A stretch of 64,000 nucleotides of DNA from an uncultured Deferribacteres bacterium. Its GTDB lineage: Bacteria; Zhuqueibacterota; JdFR-76; BMS3Abin05. The stretch lies in NCBI GenBank assembly GCA_964568545.1, contig CAZMRE010000001.1, positions 134-64,133 of the forward strand. Direction: 5' to 3'. The notes beneath the pieces are model-generated. The model made no database searches. It saw only the letters and a program-made list of their open reading frames with translations, and was not told where the DNA came from. Shown one piece after another: positions 56,927 to 64,000 of this stretch. Position numbers and translations under genes: made by a program. The number at the start of each line of letters is the position of its first letter. Positions within the stretch are counted from its first letter, which is position 1.

Positions 56927-59900
56927 TTACCGTCCGGCGATAGAAATATTTACATTTATTCCAAAATCCTGAATGGTTGTTTTCCCCATAAGTTTGTTTT
57001 CGGTCTGGCCATATTCAAAATGTATGCCGCCGCGGACCGTGGAACTGAAGGAGTAAGAAACTTTTGGCGTAATCGACCATTTCCCCATCCGAGTTCGTTC
57101 AACATATTTTCCGTTCTCTCCGCGTTTCCAGAGCGTCCTATTTTTAGTATAGTTAAATCCCATCGAAAAATCAATATTATTGCGAATTTCTTTTGTTTTC
57201 AAGAAGGGAATGGGAATTTTCAAACCACCGGAATGGCGATAGGTGGTGGTCAGGGAAATATCCGTGTTGGTTTTTCGCGTGGCATCAAGACCTCCGGCAT
57301 AATTAAAATTTTCAATCATGGAACTGTTCACTTGAAGACTCACATTAATTCCCTTTTTAAGACTCATGGTCAGCCCAATAAGCGGTCGATAATTAACAGT
57401 TGTTTGCACGCTCGATTTGTTATCAACCTTATCATTCCATTTCATAACCTTGCGTCCGCTTCTGGCATGATCCAGGCTTACCCGCTGGGCAAATTTCTTA
57501 AATATTGGCAACCGCTCTAAACCGCCCCAGCGGAACGTCCAATCAGGAATGAGCATTTCCTTACCGCCCATTTTCCAGATGGTTTGTGAAATGCTTCCCG
57601 TTGCACGCGTGGTGCGATTTTTGGAATTATTGTAAGCATATTTCAAATTAATTGAGATATTGCGACTCAGATTGAGACCGCTGGAAAGTGAGACATCGTT
57701 GGAAAAATTGAATGAACTCCGGTTGCTTCCCACGGCATCTACAGTTTCAACACCCGGATTGTAAGTTCGCCCCAATTGATAATCGAGCGTTGGCATTCCA
57801 TTCAAACCCACTACACGGCTGTTGGCACGGTGTGACATTCGAATGGAAATCGGGTTGATTTTACTGCCGGCCAAACCAATCCATTTCAAAATGGGAACGC
57901 CAATCTTCTTCTTTTTCTTTTCCTTTTTCTCCCCGGATTTTGCTCCCTTTTTCTCCTTCGGCTCATTTCTTCTTCTCCGTATGGTTGAAGTCGGTCTCCT
58001 GCGGATAGTTGAAAACCGTCTTCTTCCGGAAGATTTTCCCAAAAAGAGCCTGAACAGATTTTTGGGCGTCAGTGTAAAAGAGCTGCTTACGTTTGAAGAA
58101 GAACTGGCATTCTGTCCGGTTTTCCGATTCTGAATATTATTATTCCACCTGAAATTGGTTCCGCCTGAAAAATTCATTGCGAGCCAGTTGAACAACCTTG
58201 GATTGAATTTACTACTAATTTGTTGCGTCAGTCCGGTCATTTCCCCGAACTGGCCATTTAGAATTTCCGCTGGATTTTTCACATTGTGCAAATCCCGTGT
58301 TCGCGATTGGGTAAAATCCAGCGAAATACTACGCACCGGCTGAAAACCGACCCCCAAATTCTGATTCACAACGAATGTGTATTGGGGAGTCGTCAGGCCA
58401 TTGCGCAATTCAGAAAAATTATCGGCACGATTGCCTGTAATTTTGTAATTAAATCGCGACGGCCAGAGAATCATGTCAACTTTGCTTAATTTATTGACAA
58501 TCGGGCCGTTTCCCAGCCATGAAAAGAGTTTGACGCCTTTTTTTGTGGGAAAATTGACGCTGTAGGAAAAATTGCCCGTGCTGGTTTTCCCTGTGCTTTT
58601 CTTAGTTGTGGAGTTGCTCATCTCCGTTTGGGCATTGCTCAACCCCAGTGACATTCCGTCCACCGTATACCGCAAAAATGGATTTTGCGATTTTTTCCCA
58701 CGCCGGACATTAATGCTCCAATTAACGCGTCTGTTTCTGGATTGAATGGTTTTCAGAAGACTGTCTGGAACTGTTTTGGGTGTTACAAGAATGTCACTTC
58801 CTGGGTAATACTTGGGCGTGGCCTGGCTGGTATTGTACCCAAACGTAAGCGGAATGGACAATCCCAAAAACTTTGGCAGAAATTTGTGAAGTTGTAGACT
58901 TCCATTCAAGCTTGACCGAATCGAATTATTCCCTTTTCCAAACCGTTCGTTTATTGTGTGAAAATCAGCGGTCTTTTTGGTAAGACTGGCATTAACAGAT
59001 GCCACATCAGCCAGACGCAAATCCCCCCGCATCCGCATGGCAATTCCTTTATTCTTCTTCACATCGACTAGCCGGAGTTCGTCCAGCCAGATTTGGCCCG
59101 TAAATGGTTGATCTCTGTCCAAATTCTTCACACCAATGGTTATTTGACGAATGTTTGTGAGTGTCGGCCTCCCAACGATTCGATATTCTTTATGGCCAAT
59201 CGTACGAATAAGATTCCCGTACAAATCCACGCGGCTGGAATCCAATTTCAGGCCAGTTAAATCCTCAAAATCGATGATCATTTCATTACGTTTGTCCCAA
59301 CGCGGATACACCTTCTCCCGAAATTCATAATAGTTATTTTCATCTGAACCGAATTTGAAGAAGAATTCAATTTTTGAGGAATCCTTTGTCATGTGTGTGG
59401 CAAAAGGATCTTTGCCATAAACAAACATTTTTAGCCTGTTGTAATCGATAAAGCTTTGGCCCTTGAAAAAGGTTTTTTGAACGATTCCATTGTTTCCAGG
59501 CTCCAGATCCGTTACTTTCAGTACCAGCGCTTGCTCCTTACTTAGCACCTGGGTAATTCGATCCCGGATACCTTCAACCCCGGGCGGGGGCGCGTACCCG
59601 GGATTGTCATGGGTGTTAATTACCGTGATCGCCACAGTAGTGTCATTCTTAGCGTCATACGTTGAAGAATCGGAGGTAGCCACCCCCTTTTCCTTCCAAT
59701 CGCTTCCGACCAGATTAATTTCTGCAATGCTCAAAAAACCGGGCTTATTAAAATGATCAATCCAAATTCGGACATATTCAATATTCGTCCACTGAGGACT
59801 TCCAACCCTTAGCGTGGCATCCTGAAGAGGAATCCTGTACATTCGCCAGCCGTGTTCATTGCCCTTGCCGCCTGCGATCAGCGCCGTGTCGGGAGATGAC

Positions 59901-62900
59901 TTATCCAGCGAAAAAGTAAATTCAAAATACGAATTCTGGAGATCCACATCACCGTTCTGGTTTAAATCTTCTGTGTCCGGGAAACGGCCGCCCTCGTCGT
60001 TTTTATTATTCTCCGTTCCATTAATGTGGCGGTAATCGTAAAATTTTTGCTGGGAATAACTCCAATTATCGTAACTCCAGGGCTCGTAGGGTTCTTTAAT
60101 GCCATCGTTGTTCAGATCCCAAAAGTCGTAGGGAACACCCTTCTTAACACCATTAACAGTAACCACATGGGCTTCTTCGTGGGGATGCGGCCAATCCGGA
60201 GGATCGGCACCCACCATTCCATCCAGCCCTACGTCCTCGTTGTCATCCAAAATGTCGTTTCGAATACCATTAACTTTTTTATCTTCCGTGTCCAGCCGCA
60301 AATTCGGGATGGCATCCTCCGAAATTTGCCCAAAATCAATATGAATCCGCCCGGTATCGCCCTTTACCCAGATTTCCAGATATTTGCTCTGACTTTGATC
60401 GGCATATCCGGCGGAGAGTGCCTGTTCCACGCCATTCCATGAATAAATTTTTTTGTTGGGATCACCATCTACGGCCAGCGGGTTAAATTCCATTGATAAA
60501 ACATGCACGCGCTGAGGCACATTGGGATTGACATCCCGGTTAGGCCAGATCTCCTTAATGGCTACCTGCTGATAGGGATTGTACCAAATAAGATGCCCAC
60601 GACTTGTATTTTTCAACGAATCCGGCAGTTGATCGTACCCAAAGAAATCGGGGATAGAAGCGGGCACGCTCGAAATATGCCAGGCTCGCCGCATAATTCC
60701 CAGGGGCGTTTGACGCTTGGAGCCTTCAAAATCGTCCACATAAGCCACGCCATTGTTGTCACCTGTTTTTGGATTATTTTGCTTATTCGGATTTGGAACT
60801 ACCTGAGCCACTTCCCCCTCAAACTTGAGCGTGGAGGGTTCACGCGTCTGAACAATCGGAAGAGCATTAATCGCTTTCGTGAGAAAATAGGGATTAAAAT
60901 TGAGTTTGGAATTCAGATCCCAGACAAAATTGGTCATCGGGCCGTTCTGCCCAAGCCGGATTTTTTGGTCAATGGTACTCTGATTCAAATATAGAAACGT
61001 GCCGCCAATAAAGGAATCATTAAAAAGATGGTAATCCCAGCGCATGCCAAGCAGGGTTTTTCGATTGATTTGAAAAAGTTGATTGCTTTCGTATGTAATG
61101 TTAAGAGAAGCATTAGGGTCCGTAGCGGCTTCATCCAGAATAGTTAAACTTCCGGAAAAATAATCAATAATGTAGTCCACCCCTTTTACCAGACGCCGTC
61201 CATTTAACGTAATGACTTCACTGTTTTCAATAACATTGAATCCCAGATTGTAATTGGGCTGACGAATTTTGGCCTTTACCGAAATGTAAAAATTGCTTTT
61301 GGACGTAATGTATTGGTAATCGGTTGTGTCGTAAATAGCTCGCACATATTTGGTGGAATCCAGAAGGCTGTTTTCAGTTTTGGCCGGTGCAAACGGAGTT
61401 AAACTGGGGAAAATGAGTTCTCCACGCGCCCAGTTAATAATATTGGGATCATCATCCAGAATATTGTCCGGGGTCGGATTTCCGTTCAGATCCCGCTTAT
61501 CAAGGCCAAAAATCTGCAAATAGGATACGGGTTTTCCATTCACCGTCTGTGTTTCTTGCGGATCTCCTGACGGAGGTTTATAAAATATCTTTAGATTGAA
61601 GCCGTCCTTGTTGATGTTTCGAGACCCCAGAAAATACACATTTCGCCATTCCAATTTCCAGGTTGGGTCGGACGGACGCGGGTTTTTGGGGCGAATGAGC
61701 TGCAGAATAATTCGCTTATTCGTGCCATCGTCTACATAATGGATGTCTCCTACCTCCGAGCCTGACGTATCTCGGTAAGCAGCCGCAAGGACTTCGCCTT
61801 CCCGCAGCGGGGAATTTAACGCAATGTAACCCAATTGCCGATCGATGTAATAATCGGTCGGATCAATTCGCAAAAAATAACCGCGGTAATGTTTTTGATC
61901 AACTGTATTTGTGTCAGGATTTTCCGGATGAGTTCCATCAATATCGGCAATTGCCCAACCCGGAAGGGACCCGGGCTTGCTCTCGTAACGAACATCCGAT
62001 TTGTACAACTCAATCTTTGAAATCACGCGTTTCGGATCGTACTCGTGAAGCCCATCAGAATTCACTTTTCGGTAATTATTTCGGTAAAAATCATTCAGGA
62101 AAAAATACGTGCCTTTGCGGTACTGGTAATCCTGAATTTTATTTTCATCTTCAGTGGCGCCACCCTGGATGCTCAATTTCTTCTTCTGGCCTTTTTCCTG
62201 ACTGGCAATCGCCGTGATATTTAGGTTTCCAACTTGCGCATTCGCTTTAATGCCAAATAGACCAGAATTTTTTCCACTAAAAGTTACAAATTGTGTAGCA
62301 GGCAGGGAAAGAGCAATATTACCGGCTTTAATGCTTTTGACAATCTCGTCTTCAAAGCCCTTGTATTCCAGGCGAATAGCATTGTTAAATTCAAATGGGC
62401 GTTCACTGTCCTGATCGACGTAAACGTTCACCTTTTTCCCAACGTTTCCTTTTACGGTGAATCGCTGTGTCTGCTTCATCTGGAAATTGTAATCGGATTG
62501 GCGATTTATGGCGGTTTTCACTTCACTGCGTTTTTCATGGCGCAGCCCCCCGTCGATGTTAATATTTCCGACAACCTTCAGACCCACGGAAGCTCCCCCA
62601 AAGATTTTCTGGAAGGCCTGACTTTTAATCGGAATCGGGATGTCAAAACCGATCCCTTTCCCTCCCTGTTTCTCGAGACGCTTTCCAAAAATTTGCTCGT
62701 GAACAGCCTTCTGCCAGAGGTTCTGATTTTGATGCGAAATTCCAAGTGACAAATAATCATTAAACGGAATAAACGTCGGAACGCGAAACCAATTACCCAA
62801 AAATGATTCCGAAACGGTTACGTACGACCGTGTAGAATCGATCTTGAGCTCTCGCTTCAGACCCTGTAAATGATTTTGCAAATAGGGGTGGTTGATTGAA

Positions 62901-63094
62901 ATCTGTTTCAGCCCGGCATATTCCTCTTTAAAAAGCGGGGCACATACCCCACTGGAGTGCGGAGCAACTCGCAATCCAAGAGTTGCCGATTGTTTCTGAC
63001 GAGATGCAGAGAACGCTTCGGAAATCAGCACAAACAGAACAAACACCACCACCCACGCGAGGGCTACGCCTTTCTTCAAACCTGCACGTCCCAT
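56927..63094 (-). CDS. sprA: Type IX secretion system translocon SprA (Sov) homolog
   Basis: 2055 aa. It has a signal peptide and beta-strand-rich composition throughout. The N-terminal region is SprA-like (e.g. FxIPIPIKS..GG..VGLKVVGNINI, RLEYKGFEDEIVKSIKAGNI). The size and pattern fit the giant SprA barrel. The call relies on recollection of the family, not on an alignment. Confidence 0.75.
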   Translation of the reverse strand: MGRAGLKKGVALAWVVVFVLFVLISEAFSASRQKQSATLGLRVAPHSSGVCAPLFKEEYAGLKQISINHPYLQNHLQGLKRELKIDSTRSYVTVSESFLGNWFRVPTFIPFNDYLSLGISHQNQNLWQKAVHEQIFGKRLEKQGGKGIGFDIPIPIKSQAFQKIFGGASVGLKVVGNINIDGGLRHEKRSEVKTAINRQSDYNFQMKQTQRFTVKGNVGKKVNVYVDQDSERPFEFNNAIRLEYKGFEDEIVKSIKAGNIALSLPATQFVTFSGKNSGLFGIKANAQVGNLNITAIASQEKGQKKKLSIQGGATEDENKIQDYQYRKGTYFFLNDFYRNNYRKVNSDGLHEYDPKRVISKIELYKSDVRYESKPGSLPGWAIADIDGTHPENPDTNTVDQKHYRGYFLRIDPTDYYIDRQLGYIALNSPLREGEVLAAAYRDTSGSEVGDIHYVDDGTNKRIILQLIRPKNPRPSDPTWKLEWRNVYFLGSRNINKDGFNLKIFYKPPSGDPQETQTVNGKPVSYLQIFGLDKRDLNGNPTPDNILDDDPNIINWARGELIFPSLTPFAPAKTENSLLDSTKYVRAIYDTTDYQYITSKSNFYISVKAKIRQPNYNLGFNVIENSEVITLNGRRLVKGVDYIIDYFSGSLTILDEAATDPNASLNITYESNQLFQINRKTLLGMRWDYHLFNDSFIGGTFLYLNQSTIDQKIRLGQNGPMTNFVWDLNSKLNFNPYFLTKAINALPIVQTREPSTLKFEGEVAQVVPNPNKQNNPKTGDNNGVAYVDDFEGSKRQTPLGIMRRAWHISSVPASIPDFFGYDQLPDSLKNTSRGHLIWYNPYQQVAIKEIWPNRDVNPNVPQRVHVLSMEFNPLAVDGDPNKKIYSWNGVEQALSAGYADQSQSKYLEIWVKGDTGRIHIDFGQISEDAIPNLRLDTEDKKVNGIRNDILDDNEDVGLDGMVGADPPDWPHPHEEAHVVTVNGVKKGVPYDFWDLNNDGIKEPYEPWSYDNWSYSQQKFYDYRHINGTENNKNDEGGRFPDTEDLNQNGDVDLQNSYFEFTFSLDKSSPDTALIAGGKGNEHGWRMYRIPLQDATLRVGSPQWTNIEYVRIWIDHFNKPGFLSIAEINLVGSDWKEKGVATSDSSTYDAKNDTTVAITVINTHDNPGYAPPPGVEGIRDRITQVLSKEQALVLKVTDLEPGNNGIVQKTFFKGQSFIDYNRLKMFVYGKDPFATHMTKDSSKIEFFFKFGSDENNYYEFREKVYPRWDKRNEMIIDFEDLTGLKLDSSRVDLYGNLIRTIGHKEYRIVGRPTLTNIRQITIGVKNLDRDQPFTGQIWLDELRLVDVKKNKGIAMRMRGDLRLADVASVNASLTKKTADFHTINERFGKGNNSIRSSLNGSLQLHKFLPKFLGLSIPLTFGYNTSQATPKYYPGSDILVTPKTVPDSLLKTIQSRNRRVNWSINVRRGKKSQNPFLRYTVDGMSLGLSNAQTEMSNSTTKKSTGKTSTGNFSYSVNFPTKKGVKLFSWLGNGPIVNKLSKVDMILWPSRFNYKITGNRADNFSELRNGLTTPQYTFVVNQNLGVGFQPVRSISLDFTQSRTRDLHNVKNPAEILNGQFGEMTGLTQQISSKFNPRLFNWLAMNFSGGTNFRWNNNIQNRKTGQNASSSSNVSSSFTLTPKNLFRLFLGKSSGRRRFSTIRRRPTSTIRRRRNEPKEKKGAKSGEKKEKKKKKIGVPILKWIGLAGSKINPISIRMSHRANSRVVGLNGMPTLDYQLGRTYNPGVETVDAVGSNRSSFNFSNDVSLSSGLNLSRNISINLKYAYNNSKNRTTRATGSISQTIWKMGGKEMLIPDWTFRWGGLERLPIFKKFAQRVSLDHARSGRKVMKWNDKVDNKSSVQTTVNYRPLIGLTMSLKKGINVSLQVNSSMIENFNYAGGLDATRKTNTDISLTTTYRHSGGLKIPIPFLKTKEIRNNIDFSMGFNYTKNRTLWKRGENGKYVERTRMGKWSITPKVSYSFSSTVRGGIHFEYGQTENKLMGKTTIQDFGINVNISIAGR

Positions 63095-63435
63095 GGATGG
63101 ATTGGATTTCTAACTTTTTTCACGATAGGTTTTGTCGATTCCTACACTAATTATCGTAACAATTTTCCGAAGGGTTCCCTCCATTGGTTGAGTTTGTAAA
63201 TATGAGCTAAAAAATAATAAATATATCGGGGAATATCAAGCCAATTTTCAAGAATTTACTGGAATTAAAAATGGTTACCCTCTCGTTAAAGGCATTCTTC
63301 TTGGGCAAACATCTGAAATTAGCCTTGTTTTTGATGGTGATTCATACTATTTTGTAAAAAGGTTTTCGGATAAATTCAAATTCACAGTTATTAAAATTCC
63401 AAACAACTTATAAAGTTCCCCGAGTTTCGGAATTT

Positions 63436-64000
63436 ATGAAAATAGTCTCTAAATACGTTCTTAAAGAGCATATCGGGCCATTCATTTTTTCCTTGATGCT
63501 CATCATCCTGCTTTTCCTGATGAACATTATCTTTCGGGAATTGGGCCACATCTTGAGCCGCGGGCTAAAATTGAAAATCGTCCTCGAATTTCTCTTTCTG
63601 AATATTGCGTGGATTGTTGCCCTTGCCGTCCCGATGGCCGTCCTGATTGCCACACTGATGGCTTTCGGACGCCTCTCTGCCGATAATGAGATTACCGCTC
63701 TAAAATCCAGCGGCATTAGTTTTTATCGCGTCTTAACCCCTGTCCTCCTCTTTTTTGCAGGCGTGGGCATTTTACTGGTTCTTTTTAATGATCGGGTTCT
63801 TCCCAATTTCAATCACCGGGCCCGGCTGCTAACAACAGACATCTTGCGCAAACGCCCTACGCTGAAATTGGAACCCAATGTCGTTTTTAAAGAAATTCCT
63901 AAGATTACACTACTGGTGCACGATGTCAAAGATACCGGAGATTCCTCTAAAATTTACGACGTCGTTCTGGACGATCGAAGTGACCGCCAGATTTTGAAGA
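63436..64000 (+). CDS. LptF/LptG-family (YjgP/YjgQ) permease; 5' part, continues beyond the window
   Basis: The ATG at 63436 opens MKIVSKYVLKEHIGPFIFSLMLIILLFLMN...AWIVALAVPMAVLIATLMAFGRLSADNEITALKSSGISFYR, the typical N-terminus of LptF/G permeases. There is no stop before the window end. Confidence 0.8.
   Translation, partial: MKIVSKYVLKEHIGPFIFSLMLIILLFLMNIIFRELGHILSRGLKLKIVLEFLFLNIAWIVALAVPMAVLIATLMAFGRLSADNEITALKSSGISFYRVLTPVLLFFAGVGILLVLFNDRVLPNFNHRARLLTTDILRKRPTLKLEPNVVFKEIPKITLLVHDVKDTGDSSKIYDVVLDDRSDRQILK

Overview
This is a bacterial chromosomal segment that is moderately AT-rich. Almost all of it is transcribed on the minus strand; only the two window-edge genes are on the plus strand. 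All calls come from reading the ORF translations and the DNA by eye, with no database search.

Most of the content is housekeeping:
- serC-like/serA
- engB
- tRNA-Leu, tig, clpP, clpX, lon
- hisS and trmH
- ptsN
- phoH, pgpH, ybeY, corC
- aspS
- a complete F1Fo ATP synthase operon (atpZ/I-B-E-F-H-A-G-D-C)
- parA and parB
- ppx and prmA
- a 2055-aa T9SS SprA translocon
- the start of an lptF/G permease

SprA, a glutaminyl-cyclase-type M28 gene, and signal peptides that mostly expose Gln at +1 point to the FCB superphylum. Canonical TTGACA-N17-TATAAT promoters and strong GGAGG ribosome-binding sites argue against Bacteroidia proper.

The least ordinary content:
1. A four-gene module with a sigma-54-type promoter. 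It encodes a REC-PATAN(DUF4388)-GTPase fusion, a REC-like/PATAN protein with Glu at the phospho-acceptor position, a stand-alone GTPase-like protein with a degenerate P-loop, and a small unknown protein.
2. An 11-kb operon with two giant coiled-coil/TPR proteins, a small secreted protein, TolQ/ExbB, two ExbD paralogs and an AgmX/PglI-type TonB-like protein.
3. A free-standing archaeal-type ThrRS editing-domain homolog placed 8 nt after serA.
4. A heavily decayed type ISP/IIG-like methyltransferase remnant.
5. Two families of short interspersed intergenic repeats.
6. A parAB-M23-bactofilin block whose bactofilin stop overlaps the first atp operon gene.
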